This document shows, in pieces, positions 11,601 to 24,980 of a stretch of DNA of 64,000 nucleotides. The DNA is taken from NCBI RefSeq assembly GCF_001194135.2, contig NC_068988.1, positions 68,280,006-68,344,005 on the forward strand, given 5' to 3'. Both the position numbers and the translations under genes were made by a program. The notes below the pieces were generated by a model that worked only from the letters and a program-made list of their open reading frames with translations, was not told where the DNA came from and searched no databases. Within the stretch, counting starts at the first letter, position 1, and each line of letters begins with the position of its first letter. This stretch comes from Octopus bimaculoides (taxonomy: Eukaryota).

Positions 11601-13389
11601 CCCACTACAATGTCGTTGTGTGGTGCATCATGTACATTATACCATCGGCATTGTCATAAGTGATTCGGTTTAAATATCTCCGAAGGCTTGGACAAATCAA
11701 CATTTCCTTCCCCCAGTTTAAATTCACAGTACACTTAAGACAGTTGAACAACTATTTCAGTTCATTGAATTTGATCATTTCAGTATTATCCCCAACTATA
11801 TCAAGTAATTAAAAACAGATAGTCTTGAAATATTATCTGGAAATTCCTTTAAATTTTGAGGTGAACCACCAAAAGCTCCAATATATTTCGACCAGCAAGA
11901 CTTTGCAAACACGAATGGTCAATGGCATTCTAAAATATTTCTTAGATATGAAGTGAGACCCTCATCAAATTTTACTATTAAGAAATAATTTTGACCAAGA
12001 CATCTAAATTTATATAAATTTATATACAGAAGTGTTGAATATAAATACTTTACACTTTTTCACTAAATATAATTTGTTATAAAGATAAGCACTAATTACT
12101 TGCAAGTGATAAAATTAATTTCTTCTTAAATATAACTATATGTTAATTATGAAATGTCGAATATAAGAATTAATAATGTGTTTTTGTTTACAGTCATTAT
12201 ACTAGAGAGAGACTTAAATGAAAATTGGGACGTCAGTGATAAAGTCAAGTGAGGAAAAGTGAAAGGATTACAATTACAGAGAGCTATAGTCAAACGATTA
12301 GTACTACAGAAAGTATTAGGTACCTTAGGCAAAATAAACTCCTAACATTTGTCTTGAACTTTAGACTGTCCGAAATATATTTTTTTTCATTCCCATTTCA
12401 TATCTAATATTCAAAATGGAGAATGAGGAAATTGAAATAAAACATCTTACGTACTGAATTTTAACATAAGAAATTCCCACGCACAATGACATGCAAATAC
12501 ACGCACGCGAACACTCATACACACATACACATACACAAAAATGTTTACACAGATACACGAATACGCAATTCATGAAGTGATACAACTTTTCTTTTCTCGG
12601 ACAAATATTGTATGCAACAATCGATCATTCACCAAAAAATATATCGACTGGAGATTTAGGAAAAGTAATTTGAAGCAGAAGAAAGAAACAATTCAAAATA
12701 ATTTAGTACTGAGTTACATATATATATATATATATATATGCGTGTGTGCGCGCGTGTTGACAATTGGAAAATAAAAATGAAAACAAAAACAGCGAAAGTA
12801 AAAAGGATGTTCCCAATGAATGTGTTAGATTGAGAGCCAGATTAGAGAAGGAAAAAGAATGGGTGTATGACGTTTAGAGCACGGCTCTTCGTCAGAAAGA
12901 GGAAAGGGTTAGGGTTAGGTCCGGAGATTCCACTAGTCCACGTCATGGATTATCATCTAGCATTCTCACTTGAAGCTACTATTAAATATTACTTATAACC
13001 ATTTTTTTTGTATCACGGATCTACCTAACACATTCTTATTGTACTCTGATAATCCTTTCCTCAATTCTCGACACACTACAAAACACCAACATCCTCGTTT
13101 GGAGACTTTCCCTCGCTTTTATATTTCCCTGACTTCTGTCTCTCGGTTGACAGAATAATCAGCCTATGAAATCTTTACTCAATATGATGATTCACACACG
13201 TGAGTATTCTAGCAACAGCTTTAAGAGACTATATGTATTTATGTTTTGTCTCAATTAAATGTCTTCTCAAGTGATACCAATCGTTTCATCTTTTTATCTT
13301 TACTTTAATCTTTATCTACCTGCTCAAAGAAAAACCATCTGTAGCTGCTTCTGATACGTAGTCTCAACATCACACGTTCCTTTGCAGTT

Positions 13390-13598
13390 CAAGCCGGAGC
13401 TTTAGTGGTAAGTTTTTGTCTTGTTTCTCCCCAATGTAAGTTTCCTTGGGGCTGGCCATATTGGAGCAATATCGAGAATAACCAGTCAAAATTGCAAGGA
13501 TAATCTGGATCTCGACTGAAAAAAGAAAACTCCGAATGACCTGTCCGTGTTTTCTTTGTATCGTCTATCTGGATGTTTTGTGTTCTTGTCCCATTCTG

Positions 13599-13610
<12 letters not shown>
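13390..13610 (+). mobile_element. Probable PLE-type 3'-end repeat ending at a (TA)n array
   Basis: Contains ctgaaaaaagaaaactccgaat, a decayed CTGAnGA...CCGAAA pattern; same microsatellite-adjacent layout as other PLE-like repeats here. Confidence 0.35.
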
Positions 13611-13650
<40 letters not shown>

Positions 13651-14170
13651 TGGTGTTCGTATAGACTTACATTTGCTGCCACTGAGTGCGTATACATGTG
13701 TATACATATACTTGTCAACATACGAGTGTGTCCGGTCATCTGTGACCGATGGACGAACCCAAACGACACCTACCAAGAACCCCCGTCTTCATCTCAATGT
13801 GACTGCGATGACAGACTTTTACTGTATTTATATTCCAATCAAAAATCGTAGGACTTTAAGAGCTTACGGCCTGCGCGGGCCAGGGTGAATGTGGGCACCT
13901 ACATCTCCACGTGAGTATATGTCCGTGTATGCGTGTAAATGTGTATGCATGTGCTCATGTTATCAAGTGTAGTACCCATCCCTCCCTTTAAACTTAACAC
14001 ATCTAATCCCTCTTTAACAGGCCTCACCTTATCTATATCAAATCCTTCGTTAACAGTTTTTACCCTATCAATGCTCCTTCCCACACACTTTCTCTTGTAT
14101 ATCTTTCTTTTCTACAGCTTATATGTTTCCACTTATAATTATTTACTATGATTTGTTATGAATATTTTAG

Positions 14171-14398
14171 GACAAACGTAGCAAAACTCCATTCCCTAAC
14201 GAATGGGCAAATAACCAACTTGACCGCCCGAACTCAATATTTCTTCCGGGATACCACTTTATGTACGAATCTGCCTGTCGTGACCCAGACAGCAAAATTC
14301 ATGTAACACAATATGATGCACATCATCCCACACATAAAGGACAACCACAACATGGGATAAAACGTTCGCCGTACAGCGTAATGACTAATATGAAATAG
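14171..14398 (+). CDS. Candidate terminal coding exon, 75 aa, unknown protein
   Basis: After acceptor tatgaatattttag|: DKRSKTPFPNEWANNQLDRPNSIFLPGYHFMYESACRDPDSKIHVTQYDAHHPTHKGQPQHGIKRSPYSVMTNMK*; non-repetitive and less AT-rich than flanks; absent from the ORF track because it has no early ATG. Confidence 0.35.
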   Translation, partial: DKRSKTPFPNEWANNQLDRPNSIFLPGYHFMYESACRDPDSKIHVTQYDAHHPTHKGQPQHGIKRSPYSVMTNMK

Positions 14399-14435
14399 AT
14401 CTGTTTCATTAATCAATTATACATAAGCGTATATA

Positions 14436-14479
<44 letters not shown>

Positions 14480-15027
14480 CATATATATATATATGTATGT
14501 ATGTATATATATATATTGGCTAAACTGGCAATATGACCATCCCCAAGTACAACAACATATATATATANNNNNNNNNNNNNNNNNNNNNNNNNNNNNNNNN
14601 NNNNNNNNNNNNNNNNNNNNNNNNNNNNNNNNNNNNNNNNNNNNNNNNNNNNNNNNNNNNNNNNNNNNNNNNNNNNNNNNNNNNNNNNNNNNNNNNNNNN
14701 NNNNNNNNNNNNNNNNNNNNNNNNNNNNNNNNNNNNNNNNNNNNNNNNNNNNNNNNNNNNNNNNNNNNNNNNNNNNNNNNNNNNNNNNNNNNNNNNNNNN
14801 NNNNNNNNNNNNNNNNNNNNNNNNNNNNNNNNNNNNNNNNNNNNNNNNNNNNNNNNNNNNNNNNNNNNNNNNNNNNNNNNNNNNNNNNNNNNNNNNNNNN
14901 NNNNNNNNNNNNNNNNNNNNNNNNNNNNNNNNNNNNNNNNNNNNNNNNNNNNNNNNNNNNNNNNNNNNNNNNNNNNNNNNNNNNNNNNNNNNNNNNNNNN
15001 NNNNNNNNNNNNNNNNNNNNNNNNNNN

Positions 15028-15065
<38 letters not shown>

Positions 15066-15354
15066 GTATGTATGTATGTATGTATGTATGTATGTGTGTG
15101 TGTGTGTGAGGGTGTGCGTGCCCGCGCGCGCGTGTGTGTATAAGAAAACATAGAAATACAGTGGGTAAAATTAGAAAGATAGGAAGTCACAGAATTAAAG
15201 GCAGCGAACGAGAGACATGAAAGCGTATATGATGGATATAGTGATTTTTTTACGTAGCGATAGTCACCAGATTGGTAATCAACAATTAACCAACTGAAAG
15301 GGGGATGGACTGGAAGCACAAGTTGCAGATAACAGCGTGTGTGTATGTGTTGGT

Positions 15355-15356
<2 letters not shown>

Positions 15357-15405
<49 letters not shown>

Positions 15406-15420
15406 GAGAGAGAGAGAGGG
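15357..15420. repeat. (AG)n microsatellite
   Basis: Direct. Confidence 0.95.
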
Positions 15421-15544
15421 GGGTGGAAGAGAGAAAAGAGAATGTAAGCCGATATTTACAGATATATATCGCTATATACACTGAGTGTATAGACATATAT
15501 ATCTCCCTACTTCATTTACTTACATATCCCTAATCTTTTATCTT

Positions 15545-15915
15545 TTATACAGCTGATGCTGGGTCGCCACCTTCCAGCATTTTAGCGGAATAAATCGACC
15601 ATACGGCTTATTTTTTAAAGGCTAATATGTATTTTATCGTTACCTTTTTACTGAACTGCCAAGTTATGGGAACGTAAATACACCAGCACCAGTTGTCAAG
15701 CGGTGGTAGAGGACAAAGACACACAAGCACAAAGACACACACGGGGATATATGCATATATATACAACAGTCTTGTTCCAGTTTCTGTCTATAAAAATCGA
15801 TTCACAAGGCTTTGGTCTGCTTGAGGATATAGTAGAATACACTTGCCCAAGTTGCCACGCATTGGGGCTGATGTCAGAACTATGCGGATAGGAAGCAAGC
15901 TCCTTGCCACAGAGG
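15545..15915 (-). mobile_element. tRNA-derived SINE, family B (near full length)
   Basis: cacaaggctttggtc...cacttgcccaag...gcaagctcctt matches the 19662 copy in reverse; 3' part with LINE-like tail at 15545-15600. Confidence 0.8.
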
Positions 15916-16862
15916 CACACCTGCGCGTATATCTTTATTCTTTTTCGGTTGTTAGGTTTTTCTGTGCATACTCATATGCGCGCGCACCCACACACATACA
16001 CACACGCATGTGCGGATACATGTGCGTATACATATATTTCCACCTACCAGCATATGAATATGTAAAGCTACATGTAGGCATTCTCATCACCCGTTTCTAT
16101 TATAATGTATTCGTTTTGCAAATTTAACGAAGTTTTTCTTTACTGCTTAGTATTCATTCAGTGATCCCTTGTTTTTGTCAATACAGTTATATGTTAACAT
16201 AAACATTTTAAAGTTTTGATTAAAAAGCAGTTTTACGTACGTGTGTTTTGCTTAAGAAATGATGACGTTTGATTACTCTACAGTTAAATATATGACAAAA
16301 TATTTCGTGAATAAAACTTATATTTCTATCACGATAAGAAGTCGTCCTAAACGCTGATATCATAAAATGTATTCTGAAATATTTCAACTTCCTTTACTGA
16401 TTCTTAATATTCTTTTCAGGTGATATACTGATTAAACATGAGTGGAATATCTTCTTTGAGCCACTCTTATAAAGATATATAATGTCTGGAGTTGCGTTAG
16501 ATTGTTTAGAACCACCAGTGGTTCCAAGAAATAATCAGTTCACATGTAGTGACTCATTCACTAGCCTGTATAGTAATTCACGTTTCTCAAAACATTCAGA
16601 GCAGGGCACCGATGGTTTGAGGCATGCTTTCTATTTACCACAAACTATATATCGTCAGCTGTCCAACATATCATCTGTTAGCACCAGTTTAGCCAATATG
16701 GGAAGAAGAGACGTCCTTTGACATTTTTCCTTTGAGCACACAAAGTAACAAATACTTAAAAGCAACGTGCGCACAGCTTTCTGGAAACAATAGCAATATA
16801 TCCTCAAATTACAACATACACATTTGTAGGAGAAAAGACATATTGTATTATATAGCATTAAA

Positions 16863-17075
16863 TAGGGCAGCTAGCAGGCAGAATCATTAGCACGCCTAGT
16901 AAAGTGCATAGAGCAATTTCGCCTTTCTTTACATTCTGAGTTCAAATGCCTCCAAGGCTGAGTTTGTCTGTCATAATTTCAGGGTTGATAAAATAAGTAC
17001 CAGTTGAGCACTGGGATTGTTGCAATCGACTTGCCGTATCCCCGAAATTACTGGCCAAAATCTGAGACCATTATA
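16863..17075 (+). mobile_element. tRNA-derived SINE, family A (diverged)
   Basis: ggcagaatcattagcacgcc...ctgagttcaaat...gataaaataagtaccagttgagcactggg. Confidence 0.8.
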
Positions 17076-17743
17076 TAACATAAAATATAAAATTCAGAGC
17101 GATTGGGGATTTGTCATGACCGGAAAACGCTTTGTAAAAGAAATACATGATAAGAAGTGTGCTGGAGCTTAAATGCAACAGTAAGAACAACAACAGAATC
17201 ATAGCTTTCGTTCGTTGTGTCAATCACGGTAATGACGGATTTGTCTTTAACGCAGACGTTGGGCTATGAACACATTCTTTAGATATTCCGGCGCCAAACA
17301 GGAAATTGGAGTAGAAGGTTGTTATAGATACAAAATTGCATCAGAACACCAATCGCTTGCATATAATCGCTTGCACATAATCGCCTAGATGAGTTAGTCA
17401 TCAGATGGCTTTANNNNNNNNNNNNNNNNNNNNNNNNNNNNNNNNNNNNNNNNATATATATATATATATATATACATACATATATATGTATGTGTGTGTG
17501 TATATATGCATATATTCGTGTTCGTCGTGCGTCTGTGTGTGCTTGCATGCGTTTCTATTCGAATGTATCTAAATAATTGATTTTACTAGTGTTGACTGGA
17601 GACAGGGAGAGAGATAATATAAAGGAAAATCTAGGAATAATAAAATTGTAAAGAAAATGTGATACAGTCTGGAACACGAGTACACGGAGACACGTGTACA
17701 GGCGCACACAAACATGTGTGTGAGTGTGTGTGTCCATGTCTGA

Positions 17744-17779
<36 letters not shown>

Positions 17780-19661
17780 GCATATATTTATTGTGTAATG
17801 TGGATTGATGTAGAGCAATCTACTAGATTTTGGGACGCAATTTCCAGATTAAGATTCCTCCTCTATTACAACAGTGTATTATAATCATATTATTCACATA
17901 GTGAAATTCTAAATTGTGTATCTGATGTAATCGGCTGATCCTGGTTTTCTTATGTAAGAATGTGTTACGTAACCACTAGAATTATACAAATTAGATACGT
18001 TCGAAATATCAATAAATGACTTTTGATACTTTCTAATTTAATAGATATCGGGGGGAGAGAGAGAGGAGAAAATGGAAAGAGAGAAGAATGAGGGAGAGGG
18101 GGAGAGAGATATAGCAAGCACCGGTATCTTAGACAGACAGATAAACATATAGATGGAAAAATTAAGTAGATGCTAATGCATTCAATATAAGTTCTAGTTT
18201 TAATAGAAATTCAATATGTAAGTAGGAGTTATCCAAAAATAAAAGGAAGCATGGTAATTTATATTGTTAACAGTTAACGGAGCCTTTTTAAGGTGCATAT
18301 TTCACGTTCTAAGGACAGGATGTTGCAGTATACGCACCATGAGTATAGTCTAAAAGACTCAAAGGTGAAAGTTAAACGATGAAGGTTCATAACCTGGTAT
18401 TTTATTGAGAATGCTCTAAGTTTCTCCATCTGTAGGCACAATTTTTCTACTTGGATGGACCTTCAAAATTTTATAAACGAACAAAAAAAAAGAAAAGGGA
18501 TTTCGTGAGATATCCTTTCGTCTGATATCCTCATGTGGAATCAGTGTCAATGTATGGAACACAGTCTTGCATAATAACAATGTTTTCTCTATATAGGGGA
18601 TAGGTTTTTACAGTGCGCTACTTCGAGTTATGCTTTCTACACTAGTGTACTGACACTGATTTTTATGCACCTTGGAAACATTGTAGTGTAAACACTTGAC
18701 AAGTATTATTTAATCAGAAAGAGACCGCTAACCTGAACGTACTTTAGAAATGAATTTATACACCACACAATGGTTGTTACCTTTACCTAGAAACCGCGGG
18801 TTCCTCATTCATTAAGAACATCGTATAAGAATGGGAAGACCTTTTCCTTCAAGGAAAACAATGCAGATCTGAATAAAACTGACTATACACACATACATAA
18901 TATGTTATGTGTGTGTGTGTGTGTGTGTGTGAGTGTACACTAGTAAGTTTTAGATGTGGGACTCTTCTCCCTCTTACACGAGCAAAGTGAACTAATCTAC
19001 ATGAATATTTGGGAAAGTGAAAAGATATCCAAACTCTCAACTTGTACGGTGTCATTTTTATCATCTTAAACGATATACTGAACATCAAACCAAACTTGAA
19101 ATCATTCAAGAAAATTGAGAAGACTTGAATTCATTCAAGAAAATGCTCATCTCATAACTGCTGACATATCATATCGCCAACGAGGTGATATGATATGTCA
19201 GCAGTTGCAACAATAAAAGCATCCCCCAATCACCCTCTAACATGTTAAAAAAACCCGAGAAGGCACATTGGAGAATGTTACCCAAAGCATCTATTATATA
19301 ATGTTCACAGATGTAACGTTCATAAGAGGTTGGGTTTCGCTTGGAAGTACAAAAAAAAAATAGAACAGTGGCAGGCAATTTATAACTCAAAGAGCATGTA
19401 AAATCATGACATAATTCGGGTACATAACGTTGCATATTCTGGATAGAAAATTGAGATTTAGAGTAGCTTATCAAGCGTTAATGTATTTCGTATTTAACAA
19501 AACTGTGTTAGTTTACTAAACAGCTTACGACTTTATACCATTTATCCTTTATAAGTTTCTTGAACAACATTTGTCTTTTTCTTCTTAAACTAGAAGATAG
19601 GCGTATATTCGAGAAATTACCTGCACGGCCTATTTACCAATATTTATATAATATACATATA

Positions 19662-19827
19662 GGCGCAGGAGTGGCAGAGTGGTAAGAAGCTTGCTTACCA
19701 ACCACATGGTCCCGGGTTGAGTCCCACTGCATGGCACCTTGGGCAAGTGTCTTCTACTATAGCCTCGGGCCGACCAAAGCCTTGTGAGTGGATTTGGTAA
19801 ACAGAAACTGAAAGAAGCCTGTCATAT
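19662..19827 (+). mobile_element. tRNA-derived SINE, family B head
   Basis: ggcgcaggagtggcagagtggtaag (A box)...gggttgagtccc (B box)...ggcaccttgggcaagtgtcttctactatagcctcgggccgaccaaagccttgtgagtggatttgg. Confidence 0.85.
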
Positions 19828-20487
19828 ACATATATGTGTGCGTGTGTGTGTGCGTGTGTGTGCGTGTGCGTGTGTGTGCGTGTGCGTGCGTGTGTGGGTG
19901 TGCATGTGTGTGTGTGTATATGTATATGTATGTTAGCTTTGACATATAGGCTTAAACTACTTAACTTTTTCTATACTTGCAATAACTGTAGATAACCTGA
20001 AATTGTCATATTACATGCTGTTATTATATATGTTATTACAAATATTATTACAGATATTTCTAGAATAATGGGTTACAATTTCAATATCTTACATTGAGCT
20101 TATCCATTTAGCAAAAATGTTCGCTGTTGTCCTTGGGCATGATAGCTGGAACAAATTAAAAATTACCAACCAAAATATTGAAGGTTACAGACCATATTTA
20201 TTCCTTACAGTGAGTTATTTATAGTGATATATTTTCTTTTGCACGTATCTTTTACTTCACCAATATCTCTCCCTCTCTCTTCTTTTTTCGCGATCTATTC
20301 ATAATTTCATTTTTACAGTCAGGCACAACGTTTTCACATCATTATTGTTTTTAATTCATTGGGTAAATTGTCTGAAATAAACGACATATTTTAACAGACT
20401 TCCAGCGGTAAGGTATTTGTTGCAAATAAAATCTATTCTAGGAAATGAGTACAGCTTCTCTTCATTACTTTGTCTGCAAAGAAACAC

Positions 20488-20600
20488 AACCACCATCACA
20501 ACAACAACAACAACAACAAAAACAACAGCAAAAACAACAACAACAACAACATCAATAACAACAATATCAACAACAACAACAACAACAACAACAATAACAA
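20488..20600. repeat. (CAA)n microsatellite
   Basis: Direct. Confidence 0.95.
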
Positions 20601-21030
20601 AATAATAAGAGACTGTTTGCTTTGGTATCTTTCGACGACTTTGGTATCTTTTTGTTTTTCCAGATAACACGAACAGCAAATCAATAACGTTTTGCTCGAA
20701 ATTAATTATTTGACAGATTCAATTGCCCAAATAAATATCTTGTAACACTGTTATAGGTTTTCTTGTTGATGTTCTTGCTGTTTTTCTTCATCTCGAATAT
20801 CTGTGGCAGTGTTCACTGATGACCATCCACAGTGAAATAAATAAAACAGGAAAGATACAGTGAATAAGAAGAATAGCAACAGAAGCATATCTTTGCGACA
20901 TCTCTCTTCGAGGAAGAATTTACTTCCAGGGCATAAAAATGAATCTATAATTGCAATAAGTAGCATATAGCGTCCTCTTGTAGAATACCTTCCAATAAAT
21001 ATCGTTGGGAAAAAGCCAGCAAATACGACA

Positions 21031-21064
<34 letters not shown>

Positions 21065-21837
21065 NNNNNNNNNNNNNNNNNNNNNNNNNNNNNNNNNNNN
21101 NNNNNNNNNNNNNNNNNNNNNNNNNNNNNNNNNNNNNNNNNNNNNNNNNNNNNNNNNNNNNNNNNNNNNNNNNNNNNNNNNNNNNNNNNNNNNNNNNNNN
21201 NNNNNNNNNNNNNNNNNNNNNNNNNNNNNNNNNNNNNNNNNNNNNNNNNNNNNNNNNNNNNNNNNNNNNNNNNNNNNNNNNNNNNNNNNNNNNNNNNNNN
21301 NNNNNNNNNNNNNNNNNNNNNNNNNNNNNNNNNNNNNNNNNNNNNNNNNNNNNNNNNNNNNNNNNNNNNNNNNNNNNNNNNNNNNNNNNNNNNNNNNNNN
21401 NNNNNNNNNNNNNNNNNNNNNNNNNNNNNNNNNNNNNNNNNNNNNNNNNNNNNNNNNNNNNNNNNNNNNNNNNNNNNNNNNNNNNNNNNNNNNNNNNNNN
21501 NNNNNNNNNNNNNNNNNNNNNNNNNNNNNNNNNNNNNNNNNNNNNNNNNNNNNNNNNNNNNNNNNNNNNNNNNNNNNNNNNNNNNNNNNNNNNNNNNNNN
21601 NNNNNNNNNNNNNNNNNNNNNNNNNNNNNNNNNNNNNNNNNNNNNNNNNNNNNNNNNNNNNNNNNNNNNNNNNNNNNNNNNNNNNNNNNNNNNNNNNNNN
21701 NNNNNNNNNNNNNNNNNNNNNNNNNNNNNNNNNNNNNNNNNNNNNNNNNNNNNNNNNNNNNNNNNNNNNNNNNNNNNNNNNNNNNNNNNNNNNNNNNNNN
21801 NNNNNNNNNNNNNNNNNNNNNNNNNNNNNNNNNNNNN

Positions 21838-21872
<35 letters not shown>

Positions 21873-22534
21873 GACACATGTGTGTGTGTATGAGTGTGTG
21901 TGCGTATCACTTGTATAATAATTTCATTATTTGGACTACAACTTTACTAGAGATCCACATTGAATGGTTTTCGCCCATCATACTGATCACACTACGTATG
22001 TTTACGTGTGGTGTATATCAACTTATCGACAACATTTGGGACATAGTGACACCGAGTTTTCAAGCGAGCTCCATGCAAAATCAGATGAAACAAAGCCATG
22101 CAAAAATACACAGTGTCAGGCAGGCACATTCACACTCACACACACAGACACACAGACACACAAACACACAAACACACATATAAGCACAGAGACAGAGACA
22201 AACTCCGGCTACCATTTTAATGCAAAAAGAATTGGTCAAACATTGTCTCTATTACAACTCGCAAGTTACCACTCAGTGGAATTAAAACCGAACAGGTGGG
22301 GACTGACCGATTTATAAACGACCTTAGCTTGAACGTTTGTCTGTATACATACGACAAGTCCTCAAAGCTTTTCACAAAATAGCAGTTTCCTGCAATATTG
22401 GTGGACGTGTGATAATCGTGTCCATTAATAACGATTCTCATATGGCTAAGTTCGACAAATGTGAATTGTATAACACACACTCTCATATATATATACCCCC
22501 CCCCCCACAAACACACACAAACATATATTTTTTT

Positions 22535-22750
22535 ATTTGTTTCAGCCATTTGACTGCGACCATGTTAGAGCGCCTAATGCTACCTCATAGCAGTGTTTTG
22601 CCCTATGCTTGATGTTTTCAGTTCTATTATATCGAGGCCGACTTTACCTTTCATTCTTTCTGGGTCAGTGCAATGAATATCACGTGTGTTGCTCTCGCTG
22701 ATATCGAGCCCACGCCCAAAAAATTCAGGACTTCTTCCTATGGTAGAAAG
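22535..22750. mobile_element. LINE/SINE shared tail plus partial family A SINE
   Basis: tgtttcagccatttgactgcgaccatgttagagcgcc, then ccgactttacctttcattctttc. Confidence 0.6.
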
Positions 22751-22931
22751 ATTATTATTATTATTATGTTGTTTTTTTTCTTCTTTCTTCAAATTTTCTT
22801 ACATTTCTCGCCGAGTGTTTTCCGTACACCTAGGGCAGAGAAACTCGTTGTATGCATTCCCAGTTTACACACGCAAATTCACAGGTAAAACGTGTATTTA
22901 AGAAAAAAAAAATCATGAATGGATGTTGTTT

Positions 22932-23932
22932 TCACAGCGATAATGCTCTTCTCAGTACATGAGTCGTTCCAGTTAGCACGATTTTTTGCACTTCCTGTAG
23001 GGATGGTAAGCCTGGTAACATTTTCAAATAAGTTTCAGTACCTTTTTTTATCATTCCTAGAGACCCTACAATCACTGGTATGGTAGTCGTCTTGAGGTGC
23101 CACATTTTTTTCAATTTCTATTAGCAAGTCTTTATATTTACTGATCCTGTCAAATTCTTTCGCCGCTATATTATGATCAGAGGGAATACTCATGTCAATT
23201 AATAAACACGTCTTCTTTGTCTGTTTTTGTATAATAATATCCGGTTTATTAGCTTTTATAGCCTTATCAGTATGTACGGGGAAGTCCCAGAGAATCGATA
23301 CATTTTCTTCCTCAGTTACAGCTTCAGGATGGTGTTTATACCATTTGTCAGCGGTTTTGATTTTATAATGCTGACATATTGTCCAGTGTAAATACTGGCC
23401 AACTCTGTCATATCTTGTTTTATATCCTACAGATGCTAAGACTCTACACCCTGAGATTAGGTGGTCTATAGTTTAAATCGCATCGTTATAAAATCGGCAT
23501 TTTGGGTCAGCTCCATTTTTTATCACATTGGCTTGGTAGTTCCGGGTCAATAAGCTTTGGTCTTGAGCAGCCAGTATGAAACCTTCACTCTCTGCTTTTA
23601 GCCCTGAACTTCGTAACCACTGATGCGTGCGTTTCTGGTCGACATCAGCTTGTTTGCCATGCAGAGGTTTCTGTTCCCATCTACTAGCTAATTTTTCATG
23701 TGCTTTTGTCTTTGCAATTAATTTTATTTTCTTTGCAGCAAAAGTTGGCGCATTTCCTTCAACATGATCAAGCTGGTGGGTATCTAAGAGTTCGGTAGCG
23801 AATTTTTTGCTCTCTTTCAGAATAGAGTGAAGTTTTTTCGGTCTTTCATGTTTTTCAACAAGTTTCAGCATCCAATCGTTGGTTGTTTCAAGGTATTTGG
23901 CCAGTCCGATTGTGGTGGTTTTATACGTAAGT
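22932..23932 (-). mobile_element. R4/Dong-clade non-LTR retrotransposon, C-terminal kilobase (zinc knuckle plus RLE endonuclease)
   Basis: KPLHG...WLRSSGLKAESEGFILAAQDQ...CRFY...DHLISGC...HW...LWDF...NKPDIII...LIDMSIP...KYKDL...IPVIVGSLG...LQEVQKIVLTGTTHVLRRAL; at least one in-frame stop; runs into a gap. Confidence 0.9.
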
Positions 23933-24907
23933 NNNNNNNNNNNNNNNNNNNNNNNNNNNNNNNNNNNNNNNNNNNNNNNNNNNNNNNNNNNNNNNNNNNN
24001 NNNNNNNNNNNNNNNNNNNNNNNNNNNNNNNNNNNNNNNNNNNNNNNNNNNNNNNNNNNNNNNNNNNNNNNNNNNNNNNNNNNNNNNNNNNNNNNNNNNN
24101 NNNNNNNNNNNNNNNNNNNNNNNNNNNNNNNNNNNNNNNNNNNNNNNNNNNNNNNNNNNNNNNNNNNNNNNNNNNNNNNNNNNNNNNNNNNNNNNNNNNN
24201 NNNNNNNNNNNNNNNNNNNNNNNNNNNNNNNNNNNNNNNNNNNNNNNNNNNNNNNNNNNNNNNNNNNNNNNNNNNNNNNNNNNNNNNNNNNNNNNNNNNN
24301 NNNNNNNNNNNNNNNNNNNNNNNNNNNNNNNNNNNNNNNNNNNNNNNNNNNNNNNNNNNNNNNNNNNNNNNNNNNNNNNNNNNNNNNNNNNNNNNNNNNN
24401 NNNNNNNNNNNNNNNNNNNNNNNNNNNNNNNNNNNNNNNNNNNNNNNNNNNNNNNNNNNNNNNNNNNNNNNNNNNNNNNNNNNNNNNNNNNNNNNNNNNN
24501 NNNNNNNNNNNNNNNNNNNNNNNNNNNNNNNNNNNNNNNNNNNNNNNNNNNNNNNNNNNNNNNNNNNNNNNNNNNNNNNNNNNNNNNNNNNNNNNNNNNN
24601 NNNNNNNNNNNNNNNNNNNNNNNNNNNNNNNNNNNNNNNNNNNNNNNNNNNNNNNNNNNNNNNNNNNNNNNNNNNNNNNNNNNNNNNNNNNNNNNNNNNN
24701 NNNNNNNNNNNNNNNNNNNNNNNNNNNNNNNNNNNNNNNNNNNNNNNNNNNNNNNNNNNNNNNNNNNNNNNNNNNNNNNNNNNNNNNNNNNNNNNNNNNN
24801 NNNNNNNNNNNNNNNNNNNNNNNNNNNNNNNNNNNNNNNNNNNNNNNNNNNNNNNNNNNNNNNNNNNNNNNNNNNNNNNNNNNNNNNNNNNNNNNNNNNN
24901 NNATATA

Positions 24908-24980
<73 letters not shown>

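Noticed and set aside
11780-11900. LRR-like NLKEFPDNISRLS on the minus strand
   Set aside because: Single repeat bounded by stops, with no convincing splice sites.
13939-14084. Imperfect 36-bp duplication giving DRVKTVNEGFD/DKVRPVKEGLD
   Set aside because: Only two units in purine-rich low-complexity DNA; no evidence of coding.
16421-16721. Acceptor at 16420 and 79-aa ORF MSGVALDCLEPP...
   Set aside because: No recognisable homology, no linked exon, and length within chance expectation; cannot be supported as CDS.
17351-17387. Short direct repeats (14-bp unit here; also 3209, 20615, 35410) as a possible CRISPR-like array
   Set aside because: Units are adjacent without unique spacers, only 2-3 copies, no cas genes, eukaryotic context.
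19662-19745. tRNA-like sequences (also 36220, 50025, 43705, 63202)
   Set aside because: A and B boxes are present but run into SINE bodies; no full cloverleaf, so not tRNA genes.
20751-20890. Signal-peptide-like MLLLLFFLFTVSF...QQENL on the minus strand
   Set aside because: The hydrophobic run comes from low-complexity T-rich DNA; no splice or homology support.
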